From Oscillospiraceae bacterium (GTDB taxonomy: Bacteria; Bacillota; Clostridia; Oscillospirales; Ruminococcaceae): DNA of 57,531 bases. The position numbers were made by a program, and so were the translations under genes. The DNA lies in contig JAVVVT010000001.1 in the NCBI GenBank assembly GCA_036652515.1, forward strand, positions 1 to 57,531, given 5' to 3'. Below, one piece after another: positions 9,971-19,284 of this stretch (positions within the stretch are counted from its first letter, which is position 1; each line of letters starts with the position of its first letter). A model generated the notes under the pieces. That model saw nothing but the letters and a program-made list of their open reading frames with translations. It had not been told where the DNA came from and did not search any database.

Positions 9971-10263
9971 TTTGAAATATCCGCCCTGAAAAACCTGTTT
10001 TAATTTAGAGAAAATTTGTTTTTAATATAGAAAGTCACATTACATATGGAGAAAGTTTATTTTACTGCTAAAAATTTTTACTCTATATAGAGAAAAACCT
10101 GTCTCACTATAAAAAAGTTTGTTTCAATATAAAAACCCACATTTCATATGGAGAAAATCCTGCTCAAAATATAAACCACCCACATTTTCTATAAGAAAAA
10201 ATTTTCATTCCCAGCGTAAAAATTCACTTTTCTGTACAAGTCACACATCTCTCAGCGCTCTAA
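9971..10263. repeat. Array of about 13 degenerate 18-25-bp units, each ending in an A-tract, with an approximately 103-bp higher-order period
   Basis: A-tracts begin at 9989, 10011, 10031, 10052, 10070, 10093, 10110, 10131, 10153, 10173, 10196 and 10218. Units at 9994/10098, 10015/10118 and 10035/10137 pair up. Confidence 0.8.
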
Positions 10264-10925
10264 TTCTTATATCCCATAAGTGCCAAAGCCTCTTTTGCGG
10301 CGGCTTGTTCCGCCTGCTTTTTGCTCTTGCCACTGCCAGTGCCTATTATGTTGGAGTTGAGTTTTACTTCCACAACAAAGCTCTTGTCGTGGTCCGGTCC
10401 GCTCTCGCCCTTGACCACATAGCTCAATCTCTCCCCCGGATTTTTTTGGATAATCTCCTGTAAAAGGGTCTTAAAATCCTGTAAAGAAAGGTGCGCCTCG
10501 TCCACAAACATCAAAACGAAAGCCTTTGCTTTTTCCATTCCACCGTCTAAGAATATCGCCCCGATGACCGCCTCAAAAGCGTCGGCGAGTATGGAGGGTC
10601 TGTTTCTGCCCCCTGTGGTCTCTTCCCCCTTGCCAAGGCGGATAAAATCCCCTAAATCTATATCCTTTGAATAGAGCGCCAGGGCATCTTCACACACCAA
10701 TGCCGCCCGTTGCTTGCTCATTTTTCCTTCGGGCATAGTGGGGTTTTCGTTGTAGAGTTTTTCGCTGGTGATAAGCTGTAAAACAGCGTCCCCCAAAAAC
10801 TCCAATCTCTCATTATATTTTACAATATCCTTGCTCTCGTTGGCAAAGGAGGAGTGGGTCAGCGCCAACTGCAATAATTCTTTGCTTTTAAAGCTGTACT
10901 TTATATTTTTTTCAAAATCTTCCAT
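10260..10925 (-). CDS. rnc: Ribonuclease III
   Basis: RNase III signature NERLEFLGDAVL plus a C-terminal dsRNA-binding domain (GSGKSKKQAEQAAAKEAL). Confidence 0.93.
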   Translation of the reverse strand: MEDFEKNIKYSFKSKELLQLALTHSSFANESKDIVKYNERLEFLGDAVLQLITSEKLYNENPTMPEGKMSKQRAALVCEDALALYSKDIDLGDFIRLGKGEETTGGRNRPSILADAFEAVIGAIFLDGGMEKAKAFVLMFVDEAHLSLQDFKTLLQEIIQKNPGERLSYVVKGESGPDHDKSFVVEVKLNSNIIGTGSGKSKKQAEQAAAKEALALMGYKN

Positions 10926-11930
10926 TTAAATCTCCTCTTCCAGGGCAAGCTGTGCTGCGATAAGGTTTGAAACGTCATTTTCGGCATATATTTTTGCCTG
11001 TTTTATGGCATTTTTAAAGGCTTTGGCATTGCTTGAACCGTGGGCTTTTATCACCCCTTGGCAGACGCCCAAAATAGGTGAACCGCCGTACTCGGTGTAG
11101 TCTAATTTTGCCTTAAACTGCTTCAGCTGGTCTTTCATAAGCAGAGCGGCGACCTTGGTTTTTAAGCTTGTTTTGAACATATTTTTAAGTTGCTTGTTCA
11201 TAAAAGCCGCTGCTCCCTCGCTGGCTTTCAGCGCCACATTGCCTGAAAATCCGTCGGCGACAATCACGTCGGTCATATCGCTGAGGATTTCTCTCGCCTC
11301 AATATTGCCGATGAAATTTATATTTTTATTCCCCTGCAAAAGCAGATAGGCATCTCGGTGGGTCTGTGGGCCCTTGCTCGCCTCCACCCCGTTGTTTAAA
11401 AGTGCCACCCTTGCATGGGTGCGACCTGCCACTTTTTCCATATAGACAGAGCCCATAATGCCGAATTGATTGAGCATTTCAGGGCGAATTTCTGCGTTTG
11501 CACCGCTGTCTATAAGCATAACTCCGCTGGGATTTTCACAGGGGAGAACAGATGCCAAAGCCGGTCTTTTACAGCCCTTTATCCGCTTTGTTATAAACGT
11601 GGCTCCCATGAGCAGAGCCCCCGTGCTGCCCGCCGAGACCAAGGCGTCCCCCTCGCCCTCCGCCAGCGCTTTCAAAGCCACATGCATAGAGGAATTTGGG
11701 CGCTTTTTAACCACGTCCATAGGCTCATCGTGCATGGATATAACGTCGCTCGCCTGTTTGAATGTTATATTTTTGGTGTCAATGGAATTATCTTTACAGC
11801 AAGCTTCCATAGTTTTTACATCGCCTACCGCCAATATCTCCACGCCTAACTCCGCCACTGCCTGCTGCGCCCCTTTGAGAGGCTCTAATGGGGCTAAATC
11901 TCCCCCGAAAGCATCTAATATAATCTTCAT
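10926..11930 (-). CDS. plsX: Phosphate acyltransferase PlsX
   Basis: MKIILDAFGGDLAP N-terminus with PlsX-like blocks (GSTGALL, GNIEAREI, VADGFSGNVALK). Start placed at ATG 11928-11930 with a GGGAGAGAG RBS. Confidence 0.9.
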   Translation of the reverse strand: MKIILDAFGGDLAPLEPLKGAQQAVAELGVEILAVGDVKTMEACCKDNSIDTKNITFKQASDVISMHDEPMDVVKKRPNSSMHVALKALAEGEGDALVSAGSTGALLMGATFITKRIKGCKRPALASVLPCENPSGVMLIDSGANAEIRPEMLNQFGIMGSVYMEKVAGRTHARVALLNNGVEASKGPQTHRDAYLLLQGNKNINFIGNIEAREILSDMTDVIVADGFSGNVALKASEGAAAFMNKQLKNMFKTSLKTKVAALLMKDQLKQFKAKLDYTEYGGSPILGVCQGVIKAHGSSNAKAFKNAIKQAKIYAENDVSNLIAAQLALEEEI

Positions 11931-12155
11931 ATCTCTCTCCCTTTCAATTTTTGAAGGAATAATTTCCACACTGTATTATAATATATTTTTATCATATTAT
12001 ATATAAATATTTTATCTTTTACGGTAAAATTTATATTTTACCAAATCAAAACCATTTGATAAACTATAAATTCTGTAAAGCAATCAGCCTTACAAGATTA
12101 TTTTTTTTTGGATTTTTCTCTCATTTTAGAGAGAGAAAAATCCTCGATTTTATTT

Positions 12156-13460
12156 TTAAAGTGCGATTTCTTCTATGGCTTCTTTGCCCCTAAGGCTTAA
12201 AAGTGAATACCGCAAACGCTTGTCCCTCACCTGCTCGGGCAGAGGTGGGAGTATGCCCATACTGGCGCCCATAGGCTGAAAATCCTTGTTTTCGGTGGTG
12301 ATATATCTGAGCAAAGCGCCGCTTATGGTGGTGTTTTGAGGTATCTCCGCCTGAGTTTCGTTTAAGGCACACCAGACAAAATATCCTGCCAAAAGCCCAC
12401 ACATAGCACTTTCCATATAGCCCTCTGTGCCTGTTATCTGCCCTGCAAAATAAATGTTTGGCTGATTTTTTAAATTCAAGGTGGGGTTTAAAACTTTGGG
12501 AGAATTGATAAAGCTGTTGCGGTGCATCACGCCGTATCTTACATAGAGGGCATCTTTAAGCCCGGGTATCAAACCGAAAACTCGTTTTTGCTCGGCAAAT
12601 TTTAAATTGGTCTGAAATCCCACCAAGTTATACATAGTTTTTTCTGCGTTTTCACTGCGGAGCTGGACGTTCGCCCAAGGGCGATGACCCGTTTTTGGGT
12701 TTATGAGACCCACCGGTCTCATAGGTCCGTAGCGGAGGGTGTCCGCCCCACGCTGTGCCATAATCTCCACTGGCATACAGCCCTCGTACACCGTCAAATT
12801 TTCTTCAAAGCTCTTTAACTCCGCCCTCTGTGCGCCTAAGAGCTGGGTGTAAAACTCCTCATATTCCGCCTTGTTAAAGGGGCAATTGATATAATCCGCC
12901 TCCCCTTTGTCGTAGCGTGAAGCGGCAAAAACTTTGTCCATATCAATGCTGTCCGCCATAATTATAGGTGCGGCGGCATCGTAAAAAGACATACCCTCAC
13001 CGCAAATTGCCTTGATATTCTCGTACAAATCACCGCCGGTCAGCGGACCTGTGGCGATTATGGTGAGGCAATCGGGCTCAATAGAGGTGACTTCTTCATA
13101 ACATATTGTAATATTGGGGTGGTTTTTAACTTTTTGTGTAATAATTTGGCTGAAAATATCCCTGTCCACCGCCAAAGCACCGCCTGCTGGCACACTGCAC
13201 TCATATGCGGCGCTCAAAACTATGGAGCCAAAATGCTTCAGCTCATTTTTAAGCATACCTTGTGAAGAATCTTCCCTCATACTTTTTAAGCTGTTGGAGC
13301 AGACTAACTCCGCAAAATTTTCACTCTTGTGCGCCGGAGAAAACTTCAGGGGTTTTTGCTCATAGAGGGTGACGTTCACCCCACGCTCCGCCAAAAAATA
13401 CGCCGCCTCACAGCCGGCAAGACCTGCGCCGATTATTTTTACTTTTTTTATATCACTCAT
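12156..13460 (-). CDS. trmFO: Methylenetetrahydrofolate--tRNA-(uracil-5-)-methyltransferase TrmFO (Gid)
   Basis: FAD-binding N-terminus IIGAGLAGCEAAYFLA. 434 aa of TrmFO-like sequence. Conserved dprA-topA-trmFO order. Confidence 0.9.
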   Translation of the reverse strand: MSDIKKVKIIGAGLAGCEAAYFLAERGVNVTLYEQKPLKFSPAHKSENFAELVCSNSLKSMREDSSQGMLKNELKHFGSIVLSAAYECSVPAGGALAVDRDIFSQIITQKVKNHPNITICYEEVTSIEPDCLTIIATGPLTGGDLYENIKAICGEGMSFYDAAAPIIMADSIDMDKVFAASRYDKGEADYINCPFNKAEYEEFYTQLLGAQRAELKSFEENLTVYEGCMPVEIMAQRGADTLRYGPMRPVGLINPKTGHRPWANVQLRSENAEKTMYNLVGFQTNLKFAEQKRVFGLIPGLKDALYVRYGVMHRNSFINSPKVLNPTLNLKNQPNIYFAGQITGTEGYMESAMCGLLAGYFVWCALNETQAEIPQNTTISGALLRYITTENKDFQPMGASMGILPPLPEQVRDKRLRYSLLSLRGKEAIEEIAL

Positions 13461-13545
13461 AAATTACTCTTTTTCCGTATCTGTCGCCTTTGATTTTTTA
13501 GTGGTTTTTTCGGTTTTTTCACCTGTGGACTTTTTCGCTTTCGCT

Positions 13546-15912
13546 TTACCCTCGCCTTTGCCTTAGGTCTGCCTTTGCCTTAGGCTCTGCTTTCGCTTTA
13601 CCCTCTGCCTTCGCTTTGCCCTCTGCTTTCGCTTTGCCCTCTGCCTTAGCTTTAGGCTCCGCCTTAGCTTTAGGCTCCGCTTTCGCTTTAGGCTCTGCTT
13701 TCGCTTTAGGCTCTGCTTTCGCTTTAGGCTCTGCTTTTGCTTTGCCCTCCGCCTTTGCCTTAGGTTCTGCCTTTGCCTTAGGCTCTGCTTTAGCTTTGCC
13801 CTCTGCCTCCTGTGGTTTTGCTTTTTTGATTGGTCTTTCTGTCACAGTGCAGTTGGGACAGCCCTCTTTTATGCAGTGGGGCTTTGAGTCCTTGGTGGAT
13901 TTTTTAAACATAGTGCTGCCACAGCTCTCGCAAAGCTGGTCCGTTGGTTCTTCCCAGCTCATAAATTTGCACCCAGCCGAGTTTTCACAGGCGTAGAAAA
14001 TTCTGCCTTTTTTGCTGGTGAGGGTGAGAATTTTTCCACCGCAGATAGGGCAACTACCCTTTGCGTACTTAACAATGCGCTTGGTGTTTTTACACTCGGG
14101 GAAACCGCTGCAAGCCATAAACTTGCCGAATTTTCCGCTTTTTATCACCATAGGCTTACCACAAATCTCGCAGACCTCGTCTGTCATAACTTCCGGCACC
14201 TTTATTTTTTGCCCCTTCATATTCTCCTGCGCCTGCTCTAAATCGTGGCTGAATATGGCATAAAATTCGCTCAATACGCTGGTCCACTCCTTTTCGCCCT
14301 CCTCCACCTTATCAAGGTTGCTCTCCATATTGGCGGAGAACTGCACGTTGACGATGTTGGCAAACTGGGTCTCCAAAATATTGTTTATGGTCAAACCCAA
14401 GGCGGTGGGGACAAGCTTTTTCGCCGCTCTTTCCACATATCCCCTCTCGGTTATGGTGTAGATTATGGGCGCATAGGTGGAAGGGCGACCGATGCCGTTT
14501 TCTTCCAAAGCTTTTATCAGCGTCGCCTCGGTGTACTCCGAGGGCGGCTGGGTGAATTTCTGCTCCGCCTCAATCTCTTTGAGCTTGAGCTGGGTGTCGC
14601 TTTCCAAGGGGGGCAAGGCGGTCTCTTTCTCTTTTTTCTCGTCGGTCTGCTCTTCATAAAGGGCGGTATAGCCCTCAAAAATCACGGTGTAACCCGACGC
14701 TTTATACAGATGAGCCCCTGCTTTTATGTCCACATTTACCGTCTCTTGGAGACAGTCTGCCATCTGAGAAGCCATAAATCTCTCCCAGATAAGCTTGTAT
14801 AATTTTGCCACATCTCCTGTGAGAGAGGAATAAGCTATGTCAGGGGTAATGCCTATATTTGTGGGTCTGATAGCCTCATGGGCATCTTGAGAGTTCATCT
14901 TTGCCTTGTAGGTTCTCTTATAATTTGGCACATATTCTTCGCCATATTTTGATTTTATAAAATCTTTGGCGGCAAGAACCGCCTCGTCACTCACACGCAG
15001 AGAGTCGGTTCTCATATAGGTTATGAGACCTTGATAGCCATACCCCTGCACCTCGATACCCTCGTATAAAGTTTGGGCGGCACGCATAGTTCTGAGGGCT
15101 GTAAAGCCCAGTCTACGGCTTGCCTCCTGTTGCAAGGAGGAGGTGATAAAAGGAGGAGCAGGTGTCTTTTTTCTCTCGCCTTTATTTATTTTTTCAATTA
15201 TAAAAGGGCTTTCTTCGCTCTCTTTTTTTATCTGCAAAGCGTCAATCTCGTTATTCACCGTGCGTTTTTCGCCGTTTGAGCCGAAATATCTCGCCTTTAA
15301 TCTCTTAACCGAGCCATGTAAAGCCAAATTGGCGTCAATGTTCCAGTATTCTAAGGGGATAAAGCTTTCCACCTCTCTGTGGCGGTCCACAATGAGCTTT
15401 ACCGCTACCGACTGCACCCTACCGGCGGACAATCCCCCCTTGACTTTCTCCCACAAAAACGGGGAGAGCTTGTATCCCACAAGCCTGTCCAAAAGTCGCC
15501 TTGCCTGCTGGGCGTTTATCAAATCCATATCTATGGTGCGCTTGTTTGCCATACCCTCGGTTATTCCTTTTTTGGTGATTTCACCAAAGGTGACACGATT
15601 TTTTTGGGTGGTGTCCAGCTTTAAAATATGCGCCAAATGCCAGGAGATAGCCTCGCCCTCTCTATCAGGGTCAGTGGCTAAATAGACAGTTTCACTGTTT
15701 TGGCTCAAATCTTTCAGCTCTTTTATAAGCTTAGATTTTCCCGGAATATTGATGTATCTGGGCTTGAAATTGTTCTCGATATCTATGCCGATTTGCCCCT
15801 TTGGCAGGTCACGGATATGACCCATTGAGGCGATGACATTATAATCCTCGCCCAAATATTTTTTGATTGTTTTTGCCTTTGCGGGGGACTCCACAATGAC
15901 CAATTTAGACAT
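13546..15912 (-). CDS. topA: DNA topoisomerase I with a repetitive Lys/Ala/Glu-rich C-terminal tail
   Basis: TOPRIM N-terminus LVIVESPAKAKTIKKYLG, an active-site region ITYMRTDS, and three Cys4 zinc ribbons. These are followed by 12 KAKAE(P/G) hexapeptides. The annotated end looks frameshifted (see findings). Confidence 0.93.
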   Translation of the reverse strand: MSKLVIVESPAKAKTIKKYLGEDYNVIASMGHIRDLPKGQIGIDIENNFKPRYINIPGKSKLIKELKDLSQNSETVYLATDPDREGEAISWHLAHILKLDTTQKNRVTFGEITKKGITEGMANKRTIDMDLINAQQARRLLDRLVGYKLSPFLWEKVKGGLSAGRVQSVAVKLIVDRHREVESFIPLEYWNIDANLALHGSVKRLKARYFGSNGEKRTVNNEIDALQIKKESEESPFIIEKINKGERKKTPAPPFITSSLQQEASRRLGFTALRTMRAAQTLYEGIEVQGYGYQGLITYMRTDSLRVSDEAVLAAKDFIKSKYGEEYVPNYKRTYKAKMNSQDAHEAIRPTNIGITPDIAYSSLTGDVAKLYKLIWERFMASQMADCLQETVNVDIKAGAHLYKASGYTVIFEGYTALYEEQTDEKKEKETALPPLESDTQLKLKEIEAEQKFTQPPSEYTEATLIKALEENGIGRPSTYAPIIYTITERGYVERAAKKLVPTALGLTINNILETQFANIVNVQFSANMESNLDKVEEGEKEWTSVLSEFYAIFSHDLEQAQENMKGQKIKVPEVMTDEVCEICGKPMVIKSGKFGKFMACSGFPECKNTKRIVKYAKGSCPICGGKILTLTSKKGRIFYACENSAGCKFMSWEEPTDQLCESCGSTMFKKSTKDSKPHCIKEGCPNCTVTERPIKKAKPQEAEGKAKAEPKAKAEPKAKAEGKAKAEPKAKAEPKAKAEPKAKAEPKAKAEPKAKAEGKAKAEGKAKAEGKAKAEPKAKADLRQRRG
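13549..13810. repeat. 18-bp in-frame tandem repeat encoding the (KAKAEP/G)n tail of TopA
   Basis: 12 complete hexapeptide units plus one disrupted terminal unit, read directly from the translation and the DNA. Confidence 0.95.
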
Positions 15913-15984
15913 AATCTCTCCTTGTGTGACGTTTTAAAGCCGCAGCTCTAAAAAATATATTTTCCCTGTAATTTTATAAAAAAT

Positions 15985-16080
15985 CCCGTTGGGGTAATTA
16001 TTTCACCTTTTAATAAACTATCCCGAGGCGCCTTTCAAAAGCGGCTTGAGCCGTTGATGTAATTATTTCACCTTTTTGTA
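15985..16080. repeat. 65-bp-offset direct repeat: echo of the dprA stop region
   Basis: The exact 18-mer GTAATTATTTCACCTTTT occurs at 15994-16011 and 16059-16076. The latter contains the dprA TAA stop at 16063-16065. The similarity extends to 27 nt with 3 mismatches. Confidence 0.85.
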
Positions 16081-17142
16081 GACCCCTAATGACTGCATCT
16101 TTATAAGCCCCTCCATCTCAAGTAAGGTGAGGGTTCTTTTCAGCTCTGCTGAAGAAAATCCGCTCTCTTCTATAAGCTGGGCTGTGGACATCGCCCCACC
16201 CTTAAAACAGCCGTATATCTTCTGTTCGCTCTGTGAGAGCTTTGAGGTCTCCGCTTTTGCCACGGTGGTTTTGGTTTCTTTAATCTTTAATTCGTTTAAA
16301 ATATCCTTAGAATTTATCACCACCCGTGCCTCTCCCCTTGAGAGCAGTAGGTTTGTCCCCTCATAAATTTCGTCCATCACCCTGCCCGGCGCCACAAATA
16401 CAGGTTTATTTAGCTCCATAGCTATCTTTGCCGTGGCAAGAGTACCGCTGTGCGCCTTTGCCTGTACTATGGAAATCACGTCGCTCAAGGCGGCGATAAG
16501 TCTGTTTCTCTCTAAGAAAAACGGACTGCGGAAATACCAATCCATAGGATATTCGCTGACCACAAGCCCTTTGGCGAAAATTTCTTCCTGTAAGCCCCTG
16601 TTGTCCGCAGGGTAGCACCTGTCCAAAGGCACCCCCACAAATGCCACGGTTTTGCCCCCTACTGCAAGACAGGCTCGGTGGGAAGCACCGTCCAGCCCTT
16701 GAGCTAAACCGCTGACTATCACCACACCGCTCTGTGCCAGCGGACGCACTATGCCCTGGCAGATTGCCTCGCCGTCCCTGTCCGGGTGTCTTGTGCCGAT
16801 GCTACCCACGGTTTTTTCACTCTGTAAAAGGCTTATATCCCCCTTGCAATAGAGGACAAGTGGCGCTTTTGATACCCCGACAAATCTTGTGGGATAGGTT
16901 TCGTCGGTGTAATTTATGGAAATTATCCCTCTTTCTCTATGCTTTTGCGATATGACAAGGGCGGTCTCCAATTTTGTGCTCAAGGCTTTTTCCATCTGTT
17001 TTTTGGTGAAAACATCGTAGTCTATAAGCCTTTTTCGATTTTCGTAAATCTCTTTTGGACTAAAACCCAAGCTTATTATCTGCTGGGCGTTCGCACAGTT
17101 GCTGCCCATTGCGTAACTCAGCCAAATATTATATTCGTCCAT
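16063..17142 (-). CDS. dprA: DNA processing protein DprA (Smf)
   Basis: 359 aa with a DprA Rossmann-like core (GSIGTRHPD, VIVSGLAQGLDGASHRACL, LERNRLIAALS) and a C-terminal winged-helix-like tail. Lies upstream of topA. Confidence 0.9.
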   Translation of the reverse strand: MDEYNIWLSYAMGSNCANAQQIISLGFSPKEIYENRKRLIDYDVFTKKQMEKALSTKLETALVISQKHRERGIISINYTDETYPTRFVGVSKAPLVLYCKGDISLLQSEKTVGSIGTRHPDRDGEAICQGIVRPLAQSGVVIVSGLAQGLDGASHRACLAVGGKTVAFVGVPLDRCYPADNRGLQEEIFAKGLVVSEYPMDWYFRSPFFLERNRLIAALSDVISIVQAKAHSGTLATAKIAMELNKPVFVAPGRVMDEIYEGTNLLLSRGEARVVINSKDILNELKIKETKTTVAKAETSKLSQSEQKIYGCFKGGAMSTAQLIEESGFSSAELKRTLTLLEMEGLIKMQSLGVYKKVK

Positions 17143-17909
17143 TATTTTTTAAACTCCCACATTAAAATCGCCGCTGAAACTCCGGCGTTTAAAGATTCTA
17201 TCCTGTTGCTCATAGGTATTTTTACCTTGTATTTACAGGCGCTTATCACTTCATTTGACAGCCCATTGCCCTCATTGCCAATAAAAATCGCCCTGGGCTG
17301 TGAGATGATCTCGCTGCCTAATTCCAAAGAATTTTCAAGACAGGAGGCGATGGTGGCAAAGCCTCTTTCGTTTAAATCCTCTGCAAAAAGCGCCACGTCG
17401 CTCACCTTCATCACATTGAGTTTCACGCTGGCGGACATAGAGCTTCTAAGCACTTTTGGGGAATATATATCAGCGCATTTTTCACTCACCACTATATTTT
17501 CATAGCCCAGCGCCAAGGCGGTGCGCATAATTGCCCCCATATTGCCCGGGTCTTGCACGTCCTGTAACACTATAATATTTTTTGATGAAAAAATTGCGTT
17601 TACATCGGGCTGTCTCATCTTAAAAATTCCGAAAACCCCCTGGCTGTTCCTGTCCTCGCTTAATTTATCGCTGACGGGGTCGGTTATCATATAGACATTT
17701 TCCCCCTCTAAGCGCTCTTGATATTTATCGTATTCACCGTGCATAAAAAATAATTCCTGCGCTGTGAACCCGTCTGCCAAAATATCCATAACAACCTTTG
17801 GGGTGGAGGCGAAAAACAGACCGCTCTCATTGCGGTAGGTGGCATCTTTTGCCAATTTTTGTGCATTTTTTACCTTTGGATTGTCCTTGCTCTCAATAAC
17901 TTTGAACAT
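17142..17909 (-). CDS. TrmH/SpoU-family RNA 2'-O-methyltransferase (RlmB-like)
   Basis: SpoU methylase motifs DPGNMGAIMRTA, FIGNEGNGLS and IPMSNRIESLNAGVSAAI. Confidence 0.85.
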   Translation of the reverse strand: MFKVIESKDNPKVKNAQKLAKDATYRNESGLFFASTPKVVMDILADGFTAQELFFMHGEYDKYQERLEGENVYMITDPVSDKLSEDRNSQGVFGIFKMRQPDVNAIFSSKNIIVLQDVQDPGNMGAIMRTALALGYENIVVSEKCADIYSPKVLRSSMSASVKLNVMKVSDVALFAEDLNERGFATIASCLENSLELGSEIISQPRAIFIGNEGNGLSNEVISACKYKVKIPMSNRIESLNAGVSAAILMWEFKK

Positions 17910-18155
17910 ATTTTCCCTTTCATACTCACCTATAAAATCGGTGATATCCCCTTAAATTGCCCTTGAAAACCCCGACCGTTTTCTCCTCCGAAGCTTTCAG
18001 CGGCAATCTATCATCATTTGCCCTTATATATAAAGAATTATGTACAATATATAATCGACAGTTTTAGGCAAAATGCCACTTACCGCCGATAAAATTGCAC
18101 TCATATGCGAAATTACGCCCTAACACATAAAGTGCTAAGGCGTTTTAAACTTTTA

Positions 18156-18509
18156 TTACAGAGCTTTCTTTGCCATTTCAACAAGGCTTGTAAATGACGC
18201 TGCATCGTTGATAGCCATCTCTGAAAGCATTTTTCTGTTGAGGGTTATGCCTGACTTCTTAAGACCGTTCATAAATGTGGAATAGTTCATTCCCTGCATT
18301 TTAACAGCTGATGAAATTCTTGTTATCCAAAGACGACGGAAGTCTCTCTTCTTCTGTTTTCTGCCTACAAACGCATAGTTGCCGCTCTTCATTACCTGCT
18401 GTTTTGCCATCTTGAAGTGCTTGCTTTTTGCGCCCCAGTAGCCCTTTGCCATCTTCAAAGTTTTGTTTCTTCTTTTGCGAGTCATCATCGCACCTTTAAT
18501 ACGAGCCAT
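18156..18509 (-). CDS. rplT: 50S ribosomal protein L20
   Basis: [29 protein letters not shown]. 117 aa. Last gene of the infC-rpmI-rplT operon. Confidence 0.97.
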   Translation of the reverse strand: MARIKGAMMTRKRRNKTLKMAKGYWGAKSKHFKMAKQQVMKSGNYAFVGRKQKKRDFRRLWITRISSAVKMQGMNYSTFMNGLKKSGITLNRKMLSEMAINDAASFTSLVEMAKKAL

Positions 18510-18547
18510 TATATATCTCCTTTAATATCAATCTTAATTTACACAAT

Positions 18548-18748
18548 TTATGCGTATGGTAACAGTTTTTTGATAACTGCTGTGTTTGTCTTGTCTGTGT
18601 ATCCGCCTTTTCTAAGGTTTCTTTTTCTCTTTGTTGACATCTTAGATAAGATATGGCTTCTGAATGCCTTGCCTCTTTTGACTTTGCCATTTTTTGTCAG
18701 CTTAAATCTCTTTTTAGCGCCTGTGTGTGTCTTGATTTTGTACTTCAT
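18548..18748 (-). CDS. rpmI: 50S ribosomal protein L35
   Basis: [26 protein letters not shown]. 66 aa. Confidence 0.96.
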   Translation of the reverse strand: MKYKIKTHTGAKKRFKLTKNGKVKRGKAFRSHILSKMSTKRKRNLRKGGYTDKTNTAVIKKLLPYA

Positions 18749-18765
18749 AAAAATAATCCTCCTGT

Positions 18766-19284
18766 TTATTTGTTCTGTGCCGGGGCAATGAACATCTGCA
18801 TACTTCTGCCTTCTAATTTTGCCGGCTTTTCAATAACGCCGCCTTCAACAGCCTGCCCGAAACGAGCCATAACCTCTATGCCAAGTCTTGAGTGAGCCAT
18901 CTCTCTGCCACGGAAACGGATACTGGCCTTGACCTTATCACCATTTTTAAGAAACTTGTTAGCCTGATTAACCTTGGTATTAAAGTCATTGATATCGATG
19001 TTCAGCGAAAGACGAACCTCTTTGATTTCAACTGTTTTCTGATTTTTTCTGTTCTCTTTTTCTTTCTTCTGCTGTTCAAAGCGGAATTTGCCGTAATCCA
19101 TAATGCGACAAACCGGCGGCTGGGCGGTAGGCGAAATCTTGACTAAATCAAGGCTTGCTTCCTCTGCCATTTTAAGCGCCGTGTCGGGGGTCATAACGCC
19201 CAACTGGCTGCCGTCTGCACCGATAACTCTAATTTCCTTATCACGAATTTCTCCGTTGATGTCAAGTTCTTTTTTTGTACTAAT
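18766..19284 (-). CDS. infC: Translation initiation factor IF-3 (ATT start codon)
   Basis: The ORF-track Met at 19203 is internal. The frame extends upstream as (I)[30 protein letters not shown] to an ATT at 19282-19284, which lies 8 nt after GGAGGTG. 519 nt equals 172 aa plus stop. An ATT/AUU start is the classical autoregulated infC start. Confidence 0.88.
   Translation of the reverse strand: MSTKKELDINGEIRDKEIRVIGADGSQLGVMTPDTALKMAEEASLDLVKISPTAQPPVCRIMDYGKFRFEQQKKEKENRKNQKTVEIKEVRLSLNIDINDFNTKVNQANKFLKNGDKVKASIRFRGREMAHSRLGIEVMARFGQAVEGGVIEKPAKLEGRSMQMFIAPAQNK

Noticed and set aside
12110-12143. Perfect 13-bp hairpin GGATTTTTCTCTC...GAGAGAAAAATCC downstream of trmFO as its terminator
   Set aside because: On the transcribed (minus) strand the hairpin is followed by an A-run, not a U-run. 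The T-runs fit a plus-strand terminator, yet no plus-strand gene ends here. Its function is left unassigned.
13616-13996. 126-aa plus-strand ORF with PSAFALGSAFALG repeats
   Set aside because: It is the antisense reading of the topA KAKAEP repeat. It has no RBS, lies wholly inside a well-supported gene, and its repetitiveness is a mirror artefact.
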